This document shows positions 1 to 7,657 of a stretch of DNA of 38,396 nucleotides, piece after piece. The number at the start of each line of letters is the position of its first letter. Position 1 is the stretch's first letter. The stretch comes from a virus (taxonomy: Duplodnaviria; Caudoviricetes). The notes under the pieces are model-generated. The model worked only from the letters and a program-made list of their open reading frames with translations, searched no databases and was not told the DNA's origin. The translations under genes were made by a program, and so were the position numbers. The stretch is from positions 1-38,396 of the IMG/VR virus record IMGVR_UViG_3300032074_000016. One strand, 5' to 3'.

Positions 1-445
1 GCGCCGGGTCGTGCAGGTAGCACTCCTCCACCAGGCAGTTGCTGCCCGCCTTGATGGCGTCCGCGAGCTGCGCATGGATGTTGCAGCGGCGCAGCGTGTA
101 CGGGGAGTAGTGCACGATCCCGGCGCTGGCCGCCCCGATCAGCTCGCACCATTCGACGAGGGTGCCGGTGACCGGGGTGCGGCTGGCGAAGTCCACGCAG
201 TACAGGGCGCTGCCGCCGCCGTCGATGCGGCAGTTGCGGATCGTCACGTCGTTGTGCCGGATCCGCACCGCGCCGAGCACGTCCAGGCCCTCGATGATCT
301 GCCCGTCGCTGCTGGTGGTGACCGGCCCGGACGGGGTGAGGTCGGCGTAGGCGAGCCCCGCGCCGAGCGGGCCGGTGTTGGTGCCGTCGATCTGGTGGCC
401 GTGGGTGATCGTCGGCGGCCACGGCGGGGCGGGCCACCCGGTCAT
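1..445 (-). CDS. Right-handed parallel beta-helix (pectate-lyase-like) protein, 3' truncated
   Basis: Not in the ORF track because it has no stop in the window. ATG 443-445 overlaps the stop of the upstream gene (ATGA). Hand translation: MTGWPAPPWPPTITHGHQIDGTNTGPLGAG...DGQIIEGLDVLGAVRIRHNDVTIRNCRIDG...YTLRRCNIH...CLVEECYLHD, showing beta-helix stacking motifs. Confidence 0.8.
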   Translation of the reverse strand, partial: MTGWPAPPWPPTITHGHQIDGTNTGPLGAGLAYADLTPSGPVTTSSDGQIIEGLDVLGAVRIRHNDVTIRNCRIDGGGSALYCVDFASRTPVTGTLVEWCELIGAASAGIVHYSPYTLRRCNIHAQLADAIKAGSNCLVEECYLHDPA

Positions 446-2646
446 GCGCTGACGGAGAAGTCGTCGAACTTCTGCGTGGTGTCGGTGGGCTGCGCCCAGC
501 CGATGCCGTGCTTGGTCGCCGTCGAGTTGAACGCGTCGGTGGCGGTCGCGGCCTGCACCCCGTTGACCTTGATCGTGACCGACGAGCCGGACAGCACCGC
601 CTGGATCACGTCACCGGCGGTCGGGGTGACGGCGATGTCCGTGCCGAGCTGCGTGAAGGCCCCGGCCACGTTCTTGTACAACTGGTACTTCCCGGTGGAC
701 CCGCGGGCCTGCAGCATCCAGTAGTTGCTGGCGTCGGTGCAGCGGAAGATCAGCCGCGGCATGACCGAGCCGGTGGCGGTGGCGGTCAGCTTGACCTGCA
801 CCGTGCCGTCAGCCAGCCCGGAGTCGATCACGGCCACCGAGTTGGAGGTGACCACCGCGTAGGCGGCGTTGCCGTTGATGCCGAGCGTGCCGGTGAGCGC
901 GGTCCACGCCTGCCCGGTGTCGGCAGTGCCGAGGCTGGTGGTGGAGTCGGCGCGGTTGAACGAGTCGGAGACGACCGCCCCGCCTCCCCCGGAGGCCGTG
1001 GTGGCGTTCACGCCGGCGGTCTGTGGCGACTGGTTCCCGGCTGCGTCGACCGCGGACACGGTGTAGCTGTAGACGGTGGAGGCGGTCAGGCCGGTGTCGG
1101 TGAACGTCGTGCCCGTGGGGGAGCCGACGAGCGTGCCACCCCGGTACACGCGGTAGCCGGCGACGGCCACGTTGTCGGTGCTCGCCGTCCAGCTCAGCGG
1201 CACCGAGGTGGCCGTCGTGGTGCCCACGATCAGCCCGGTCGGGGTCGACGGGGCGGTGGTGTCCGTGGCGGCGCCCGGCGTGGCCGTGGCCGTGGTGCTC
1301 GCGGTGCCCGGCCCGGCCGAGTTGACGGCGGTCACCCGGAAGTCGTACAGGCTGCCGGTGGTCAGCCCGGTCACGGTCAGCGACGTGCCGGTCGGGGTGC
1401 CCGCGCGGGTCCACGTGCTGTCGGTGTCGAGCTTGTACTCCACGTAGTAGATCGCCGCCCCGGACGGCGCCGACCAGGACACGGCGACACTGGTCGAGTT
1501 CGCCGACACCGCCGTCAGGCCGGTCACCTGCCCTGGCGACGCCGGGAGCGCCGGATCCGCGGTGCCGGTGGCGATGCGCTGGTAGGCATTGAACATGTTC
1601 CGCCCGATGGTGCGCTGCGCGGCGGCGTTGAAGTGGTTGCCGTCGCCCTGGTCCTGGCCGATCGGGGCGGTGGCGAACGACGTCTTGGCCAGCCGGGACG
1701 GCGTGGCCGCCTGCACGGTGTTGATCGCGGCGCGGCTACCGGACGGCAGGTACTCGGGGACCATCTGGCCGATGACGAACGGCAGGTTGGGCAGGGCTAG
1801 GTCGGTGCGCAGCCCGGCGATGAGCGCGTCCAGGTCGGCCTGGTACTGCGCGCCGCTGGTGCCCGAGTCGCCGTCGGTCTCGCCCTGCAGCCACAGGGCG
1901 GCGGTGATGCGGGCGTTGGGCCCGGCTGCCGCAAGCGCGGCCTGCGCCTGCGCGAGCGCCAGGGCGTACAGGTTCCCGGACACTCCGCGGCGCCAGCCCA
2001 GGGGGGTCGCGTTGGTGCTCAGGGCGGTGCCGCCGTGCGCGAAAGGAACGAGAAGCACCTGCCGGTTGACCGGCACACTGTCGGCGTACCAGCGGGCGAA
2101 CGCGAGCCCGGGGCCGATGCCGGTCGGGGTGTCGTGCTGGGCCAGCGGCTCGATGGCGAGGCTGATCACGTTGGCGTAGCTGCCGCTGGCGCCGTACTGC
2201 CAGATCCGCTGGCTGGACACGTCGTAGTGGGTGGTGTCGATGGGAGCGCCGCGTCCGGACATGTTCGACTGCCCGAGCAGCAGGATCAGGTCATAGCCGG
2301 AGTCCGTCGCGTTGACCCCACCACCACCACCGCCGCTGCCGCTGCCGACGACGGTGTCCACGCCGCCGACGGTGAGGATCAGGTTCCCGTTCCCGTCGAC
2401 GTGCACGAAGGCCGCCTCTAGTGCCACCCGTGCGTCCGTGCCCGGGGTCTGCAGATCCCCCAGCCGCACCAGCTCGGACGGGTCCGGGGACGGCGGCGGC
2501 GCGGCGGCGAGCAGCGTCGCCCGGTTCGCGTCGAGCGAGCCCGTCTTCGGCCGGTAGCCGTAGCCGTAGACGAGATCGACGAACTCGGAGATGGACGAGA
2601 CGGGGACCTCTTGGCCGGTCTTCGACAGCAGCACCACAGTGCTCAC
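442..2646 (-). CDS. SGNH/SASA (sialate O-acetylesterase-like) protein with two FN3 domains and a C-terminal beta-sandwich
   Basis: LLGQSNM, WLQGETD and DGNHF catalytic blocks. Two FN3 repeats (PGQVTGL...YDFRVTAVNSAG; APSTPTGL...YSYTVSAVDAAGN). AAGGAG 8 nt before the GTG. Confidence 0.9.
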   Translation of the reverse strand: MSTVVLLSKTGQEVPVSSISEFVDLVYGYGYRPKTGSLDANRATLLAAAPPPSPDPSELVRLGDLQTPGTDARVALEAAFVHVDGNGNLILTVGGVDTVVGSGSGGGGGGVNATDSGYDLILLLGQSNMSGRGAPIDTTHYDVSSQRIWQYGASGSYANVISLAIEPLAQHDTPTGIGPGLAFARWYADSVPVNRQVLLVPFAHGGTALSTNATPLGWRRGVSGNLYALALAQAQAALAAAGPNARITAALWLQGETDGDSGTSGAQYQADLDALIAGLRTDLALPNLPFVIGQMVPEYLPSGSRAAINTVQAATPSRLAKTSFATAPIGQDQGDGNHFNAAAQRTIGRNMFNAYQRIATGTADPALPASPGQVTGLTAVSANSTSVAVSWSAPSGAAIYYVEYKLDTDSTWTRAGTPTGTSLTVTGLTTGSLYDFRVTAVNSAGPGTASTTATATPGAATDTTAPSTPTGLIVGTTTATSVPLSWTASTDNVAVAGYRVYRGGTLVGSPTGTTFTDTGLTASTVYSYTVSAVDAAGNQSPQTAGVNATTASGGGGAVVSDSFNRADSTTSLGTADTGQAWTALTGTLGINGNAAYAVVTSNSVAVIDSGLADGTVQVKLTATATGSVMPRLIFRCTDASNYWMLQARGSTGKYQLYKNVAGAFTQLGTDIAVTPTAGDVIQAVLSGSSVTIKVNGVQAATATDAFNSTATKHGIGWAQPTDTTQKFDDFSVSA

Positions 2647-2668
2647 GGATGCATCTCCTTCGGGGTGG

Positions 2669-3052
2669 TCAGAGTCGACGGCGGCGCATCAGCGCAGCCG
2701 GCCACGGCGGCGGGGGCGGCGGATCGCCACGGTCGATGTGCGCGCGCAACTGGGCGGCGTAGTCGTCCCAGGCCATCTCCCGGTCCTCGAGGCCCTCCAC
2801 GCGGCCACGGACCTCCGCTAGGTCGCGGCGCACCTCACCGATCTCCTGCTGGTGTCGCTGGTCGCGGTCGGCGATCTCGCGCAGGTGCTGCTCCTCGCGC
2901 GACTTCGCGTTCTCCTGCAACTGGTCGATGATCTGCTGGGCGTCGGTGGTGCGGGTCTGCCGGCCCTGCTGGCGGATAAGCAGCCAGGTGGTGGTGACGC
3001 CGGCGGTCGCGGTGATGAAGGTGCCGAGAAGAACCCAGAGCTGCGTGCTCAC
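2669..3052 (-). CDS. Lysis-cassette membrane protein (N-terminal TM, coiled coil, poly-Pro tail)
   Basis: GTG 3050-3052 overlaps the upstream stop (GTGA). STQLWVLLGTFITATAGVTTTWLL TM segment followed by a heptad-rich helix. 127 aa. Confidence 0.8.
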   Translation of the reverse strand: MSTQLWVLLGTFITATAGVTTTWLLIRQQGRQTRTTDAQQIIDQLQENAKSREEQHLREIADRDQRHQQEIGEVRRDLAEVRGRVEGLEDREMAWDDYAAQLRAHIDRGDPPPPPPWPAALMRRRRL

Positions 3053-3486
3053 CGGCGCCGGGCTCCGGTCGGGGGGTTGACGCACCGCCCCCAGCAGGCG
3101 ATCAGCGCGGCCAACATGCCCCACCCGAGCGCACCGGACCACTCCCGCGTCCAATGACCCCACGCTGCTCCGAAGATCAGCCAGAAAACCAGGTAGGCGG
3201 CCGACCACAGGGACAGCACGACGACGACGGGAAGGACGTCAAGGTTCCGCTGTGGAGGGGTGAGAGCCTGCCAGATCGACCACACGCCGGCGGCGATCCA
3301 CAACAGGCCCCATGCCCACGGCGGCACGATCGCGGTGAGCACCTCCAGCGGCCGCGGCAGCCGCGCGGAGTCGGCGGTGGCGTAGCCGACACCCTGCGCG
3401 GTGACCGCAACACCGAGCCACAGCAGGCCGGTCCCCCAAGGGCCGCCGGTGGAATACCAGCTGGTCTTACGCGCGGTGGTCGGCAT
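3049..3486 (-). CDS. Putative holin / 4-TM membrane protein
   Basis: Four hydrophobic segments. Lies directly downstream of the endolysin. Confidence 0.75.
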   Translation of the reverse strand: MPTTARKTSWYSTGGPWGTGLLWLGVAVTAQGVGYATADSARLPRPLEVLTAIVPPWAWGLLWIAAGVWSIWQALTPPQRNLDVLPVVVVLSLWSAAYLVFWLIFGAAWGHWTREWSGALGWGMLAALIACWGRCVNPPTGARRR

Positions 3487-3514
3487 CCCTGTTCCCCCCG
3501 TGGTCGCCAGGCCG

Positions 3515-4471
3515 TCAGGCAGACGCGGCGGCGTCGTCGAGGGAGCCGAGCACCTTCCGGAGCGCGGTCTCGACGTCGGCCTCGGACAGTTCGCCGCTAC
3601 CGGAGGGCAGCGCGGCGACCACCTGCGCGGCGATCGCGGCCGGGTCCAGGTTCCCCGACAGGTACACCGACTGCAGGAACGCGAACTCGTTGGTCGGCAC
3701 GTCCAGGTCCGGGGTCGTGGAGTTGACCAGCTTCATGCTGGCCACGAGCGTCACGTAGCCCGCATTGGACAGTCCCCGCCAGATGCCGGGCGCGGCGAGC
3801 ACCATCAGGCCGTTGTCCTTGTTGCGGATCAGGTCGAAGCGGGGCATGTCGTCCTCCGGTTGCGGGGTCGGGGCGCCACCAGCGATCTGCTTGGCGCGGG
3901 CGATGATCTGCGGTACCTGGGCGATGCGGCGGTCCCCGGGGCAGACCTTCCCGGGGTGGCTGGACCAGAGCACCCCGCCCGTGACCCGCCAGTTGTCGAT
4001 GCCGTGCCGGTGGTAGCCGACGCCGCGCCGTCCGGGCCGGTCGTCGGGGATGAGCTCGAGCGGGATGCCGGCGCCGTGGCAGGTCCACGAGGTCGGGCAG
4101 GAGGCGTGCGCGGCCGGGGAGCACACCCACGCCAGCCAGCCGGCGATCGTCTCCGCCTGCGCGGCGGTGAACTCGGGGACGTCCGAACCGGACCAGGGGG
4201 AAAACTCCGGGCCCATGTCGGCGTTCTCGCAGGAGATGACGTTGGGGTTGCCGTCGAGGTTCGCCCAGGACTCGATCTTCGTGTCGAGCCACTGCACGAG
4301 GTGACCGTCGCCGCCGGTGCCGAAGTGCGAGTTCGCGGCGCCGCTCTGGAAGTAGCCGTCCGTGCCCCAGAGGGAGCCGACCATGGTGTGCAGGCAGGCG
4401 ATGTCGTGGCCCGACATGGCCCCGCCGTGGATCTTCAGCGGCCGGTAGTCGGCGCCGGGCATGATGGCCAT
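3515..4471 (-). CDS. Endolysin, N-acetylmuramoyl-L-alanine amidase (Amidase_2-like)
   Basis: CLHTMVG, SHFG, SCENAD, GYHRH and KVCPG Zn-amidase motifs. Pro-rich linker then a C-terminal domain. Upstream of holin-like genes. Confidence 0.9.
   Translation of the reverse strand: MAIMPGADYRPLKIHGGAMSGHDIACLHTMVGSLWGTDGYFQSGAANSHFGTGGDGHLVQWLDTKIESWANLDGNPNVISCENADMGPEFSPWSGSDVPEFTAAQAETIAGWLAWVCSPAAHASCPTSWTCHGAGIPLELIPDDRPGRRGVGYHRHGIDNWRVTGGVLWSSHPGKVCPGDRRIAQVPQIIARAKQIAGGAPTPQPEDDMPRFDLIRNKDNGLMVLAAPGIWRGLSNAGYVTLVASMKLVNSTTPDLDVPTNEFAFLQSVYLSGNLDPAAIAAQVVAALPSGSGELSEADVETALRKVLGSLDDAAASA
3845..3857 (-). promoter_or_regulatory. In-frame internal RBS and start in the endolysin (GGAGG-ACGAC-ATG)
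   Basis: Perfect GGAGG 5 nt before an in-frame ATG at the end of the PTPQPEDD linker. Confidence 0.6.
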
Positions 4472-4593
4472 CAGGCGTCACCGCCCTCGGTGACGGCCTG
4501 GACGTAGGCCCACTCGTCGGCGGTGAGCTTCGGGGTGTCGTCGCACTCGCGGTCGGGGTCGTCCTGCGGTTCCGGGGCGGTCGGTTCGCTCAT
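4471..4593 (-). CDS. 40-aa acidic protein coupled to the endolysin
   Basis: MSEPTAPEPQDDPDRECDDTPKLTADEWAYVQAVTEGGDA. GGGAG upstream. TGATG overlap with the endolysin start. Below the ORF-track size cut-off. Confidence 0.65.
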   Translation of the reverse strand: MSEPTAPEPQDDPDRECDDTPKLTADEWAYVQAVTEGGDA

Positions 4594-4628
4594 ACGACTG
4601 TCGCTCTCCCTTGGGGCAGACTGGGCTC

Positions 4629-4799
4629 GTGAAGTTCACCGATGACGGGCTCGCAGTGCAGATGGCCGCCGATGAGGCCGATCGGTGGGTGGTGCATTTG
4701 GACGGGGCGACCACCGTCACCGTCATGGACCCTGAGACGGGCCACGTGTTCGCCGTCCGGAAGCCGGTGAAACCGCTCCGACTGACCGTCGAGGGCTAG
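4629..4799 (+). CDS. Small antisense hypothetical protein (56 aa), probably leaderless
   Basis: GTG AAG TTC... MKFTDDGLAVQMAADEADRWVVHLDGATTVTVMDPETGHVFAVRKPVKPLRLTVEG. High GC3. Fills a minus-strand gap. -10-like CAGACT (4617-4622) 6 nt upstream. Confidence 0.6.
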   Translation: MKFTDDGLAVQMAADEADRWVVHLDGATTVTVMDPETGHVFAVRKPVKPLRLTVEG

Positions 4800-4836
4800 C
4801 TGAGGAGGCCCGCCGGGTTCGGCTGCTGCGGTTGCG

Positions 4837-5082
4837 TCACGACGCCCGCCCGGTGATCACCCAGGAGCCGTCTCCGGTCTGGCGGAGGTTGATCCACTGC
4901 CGGCCGTCGGGGACGCCGACGGCGCGCAGTTGGGCGCGCAGCTCGTCGACGGCGGCCATCAGTTCGGCGTCGGTGGCGTCGTCGGGAAGCGACCCGGTGA
5001 CGGCATCCGGCTGCGCGGGACGGTCCGCGCCAGCGGGCGCCGGGGCTGGGATCCGAGGCTGCGGCAGGGCGTCGACGGGCAT
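4837..5082 (-). CDS. Hypothetical protein (81 aa)
   Basis: GGAG upstream. Starts 4 nt after the BppU-like stop. Protein-like C-terminal half. Confidence 0.6.
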   Translation of the reverse strand: MPVDALPQPRIPAPAPAGADRPAQPDAVTGSLPDDATDAELMAAVDELRAQLRAVGVPDGRQWINLRQTGDGSWVITGRAS

Positions 5083-5086
5083 CGGT

Positions 5087-5458
5087 TCAGGCTCCGTTCA
5101 GGTCGGCGCGGATCTCGATCGCGTAGTACGTGAGCGTGGGGAACGACTGAGGCAGGGCGCCCGGCCAGATGACCTCCCACTGACCGAGGTACAGCCCGGC
5201 GGTTGCGGTGTCCCCGGCCACCCATGCGTAGTTGACGACGCCGCTGGTCTTGGGCAGGACCATGGTTGCCGCCGCGTCGACGGTCGGGGTGGCCCCGGCC
5301 TTGGGCGTCCAGTCGGTGTTGGCGGCGAGCAGGATGAAGTTCACGGACGTCGCGTTGGTGAGGTCGACGATGCTGCCGTCGGGGTTCTTCAGGGTGGCCT
5401 GGATGCTCGGGAGCAGGTCGTGTGACTGCATCGTGAAGTCGACGGTGACGGTGGCCAT
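5087..5458 (-). CDS. BppU-like baseplate upper/Ig-fold protein
   Basis: DLLPSIQATLKNPDGSIVDLTNAT...VNYAWVAGDTATAGLYLGQWEV...SFPT matches the recalled BppU N-terminal pattern. Confidence 0.75.
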   Translation of the reverse strand: MATVTVDFTMQSHDLLPSIQATLKNPDGSIVDLTNATSVNFILLAANTDWTPKAGATPTVDAAATMVLPKTSGVVNYAWVAGDTATAGLYLGQWEVIWPGALPQSFPTLTYYAIEIRADLNGA

Positions 5459-5467
5459 GCGCGCCTC

Positions 5468-7657
5468 TCAGGTGGTGGTCGACACGGGGGCGGTGGACGC
5501 GCCGTTGTTGAGCAGGGGCGCGGTGCTCGCGCCGTTGCCGGTGAGCGGCGCGGTGCTCGCGCCGTTGCTGGCGAGCGGCGCCAGGACGTAGGTGTGCGGC
5601 AGGGCGGCCGCCAGTGGGCGCAGGAGCCCCAGCCAGTGCGTGCCGATGTTGCTGGCGGCGCTGGCCGTGGCCGTGTACGTGTAGCTGCCCGGCGAGACGG
5701 GGCCGTTGCTGTCGGACCACTCCGCGTAGATGTTCGCCGAGTTCGTCACGCCCAGGTCGGTGTCGAGCCGCTCGGTCAGCGCCGGGTCGGGTGTCCACGA
5801 GACGGGCGAGGTGCCCCGGCCGAGGACGGCGAACACCGCCCAGGCGGTGCCGTCGGTGTTGGTCAGCGTCGGGGAGGCGTGCGCGGCCACGTTGGTGGCC
5901 TGCGTGACGGCGCCCTCGGCCAGGAACGGCGCGGCGGGGTTGACCCCGCGGTAGGCGGCGGCGTGGATGATCCAGCGGGTGACCGTGGCCGTGGTGAACG
6001 CGGGCCCGATCGTCGTCTCGGTGCCGTCCGCGATCCGGTAGTACAGGTCGGTCTGCCCCGCGTTGGGGGAGGTGCCGACGTCGAGGATGTTCCGGATGAA
6101 CTTCCAGCCGGTCGGGGTGCCCTGGGTCAGCGGGTAGTCGTTGGTGCGGTCGACCGCGACGATCAGCAGATCCCCGGCGGCGATCCCCGCCGGCAGCGTC
6201 GCCGTGCAGCTCGTGGTCGTCGTCGAGGCGCCGGCCGTGGCCACCGCCGCACCCACCCGGGTGATCTGCGGCCCCGGGTCGGCGTCTGGGCCGCCGAGCA
6301 CGACGTTGGTGGGGTCGGTGCCGCCGGTGACCAGCACCGTTCCCGACGCGGCACCGTTGGAGTACAGGGAGGTGCCGCTACCCGGGGTGCCCGACGTGGC
6401 AAGCTGGGCCTGCTCGATGCGCGCGGCCGGGTCAGCGACGTTGAGGAAGTAGCCGCCCGGGTTGCCGGTCAGCTTCAATCGGGCGAAGTAGACGGGCCCG
6501 ACGCAGTTGCTGTTGACCACGCAGAACGACGACCCGGAGGCGGTGTAGGCGCCGGTCATGGTCAGGTCGTGGTAATGCCGGTAGGCGCGGGCGCGGATGC
6601 TGATCGGGGAGGCGCCCGACTGGCCGGGGCCGTCGTCGGCGGTGGAGGTCCAGCCCACGTACTTGATGTCGGACAGGCCCTCGTGCAGGTGAAGCTTCGC
6701 CGGGATGCCCGCCGCGGCGGTGCCCGAGCAGCCCTCCATCAGCCAGTCACTGCTGCCGGTGGACGGCGCCACCCACGCCGGGTCACCCGTGCTCGAGGAG
6801 CCGTAGGAGTAGAACGAGCAGTTGGCGACGTGCACGCCGCGCGTGTAGCGGGATGCCAGCCCGTACTTGCCGGACTTGATGGTGCAGGAGTCGACGACCA
6901 CGCCCCACGCCTGGTGCAGCCACACGGCCATCGCCTGACCGGACGTCGGGTCCTGCATGTCGATGGTGAGCCCGCGCAGCGTGAACCCGGTCAGACAGTT
7001 CGGGCTCATCTTCGCCACGCCGTACACGCACGCCGCACCCTGCCCGCTCGGCGACGACGTGTCGTTGGCGGTCGCCCCGGAGGTCAGCAGGAACTCGGGG
7101 ACGTAGGGCTTCTTCGTCGGGAACTTCAGGTTCAGCACGGCCCCGGACACAGCGGTGACCACGTTCAGTTCGGCGTCCGGTTCGCGCAGCAGCGCCGACG
7201 CGGTGCAGGAGCCGGTGCGGATGAACACCACGTCGCCGGCCGTGAAATGGGCAGCGTCCGCGGCGCTGGCGAGGGTGATCGACGTGGCGCCCTGCGCGAT
7301 CGCGCCGGGCGGGGTGTAGGCGGTCGCCGACGTGATCCAGGTGTTGTTGTCGACCGGGTTCGTCGGCTCGGTCAGGCCGATGCCACCGGCGACGAGCAGC
7401 CGCATCCCGGGCACGGTGCCGACGATCCCGGCGCCCGCGTCGCCGGTGAGGGTGACGTTGCTGCGGGTGATCGCCAGGCCGTAGTCGCCGCCACCGGACA
7501 CCCCGGCCGTGCCGATGAAGCACTGCCCCGTGCCGGTGGCGCCCTTCTTCAGGTAGACGGTGCCGCCGGACGTGGGCAGGGAGTCGATGGCGGCCTGGAT
7601 GACGGCCCGGTCGTCGGTCACCCCGTCCGCGACCACGTTCGGGATGACTGTGGTCAT
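5468..7657 (-). CDS. Tailspike / depolymerase-like protein (pectate-lyase-3-type beta-helix plus C-terminal beta domain)
   Basis: True start is ATG 7655-7657 (ATGA overlap), not 8212. Begins VADGVTDDRAVIQAAIDSL..GGTVYL, the canonical tailspike beta-helix cap. 729 aa. Confidence 0.85.
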   Translation of the reverse strand: MTTVIPNVVADGVTDDRAVIQAAIDSLPTSGGTVYLKKGATGTGQCFIGTAGVSGGGDYGLAITRSNVTLTGDAGAGIVGTVPGMRLLVAGGIGLTEPTNPVDNNTWITSATAYTPPGAIAQGATSITLASAADAAHFTAGDVVFIRTGSCTASALLREPDAELNVVTAVSGAVLNLKFPTKKPYVPEFLLTSGATANDTSSPSGQGAACVYGVAKMSPNCLTGFTLRGLTIDMQDPTSGQAMAVWLHQAWGVVVDSCTIKSGKYGLASRYTRGVHVANCSFYSYGSSSTGDPAWVAPSTGSSDWLMEGCSGTAAAGIPAKLHLHEGLSDIKYVGWTSTADDGPGQSGASPISIRARAYRHYHDLTMTGAYTASGSSFCVVNSNCVGPVYFARLKLTGNPGGYFLNVADPAARIEQAQLATSGTPGSGTSLYSNGAASGTVLVTGGTDPTNVVLGGPDADPGPQITRVGAAVATAGASTTTTSCTATLPAGIAAGDLLIVAVDRTNDYPLTQGTPTGWKFIRNILDVGTSPNAGQTDLYYRIADGTETTIGPAFTTATVTRWIIHAAAYRGVNPAAPFLAEGAVTQATNVAAHASPTLTNTDGTAWAVFAVLGRGTSPVSWTPDPALTERLDTDLGVTNSANIYAEWSDSNGPVSPGSYTYTATASAASNIGTHWLGLLRPLAAALPHTYVLAPLASNGASTAPLTGNGASTAPLLNNGASTAPVSTTT
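5491..5580. repeat. 3 x 30-nt tandem repeat encoding APLxxNGAST
   Basis: Units at 5491-5520, 5521-5550 and 5551-5580. Confidence 0.9.

Noticed and set aside
4599-4622. PafBC-type DNA-damage promoter (TGTCGG-N10-TANNNT) for the antisense mini-gene
   Set aside because: The sequence is TGTCGC-N12-CAGACT, with wrong spacing and two mismatches.
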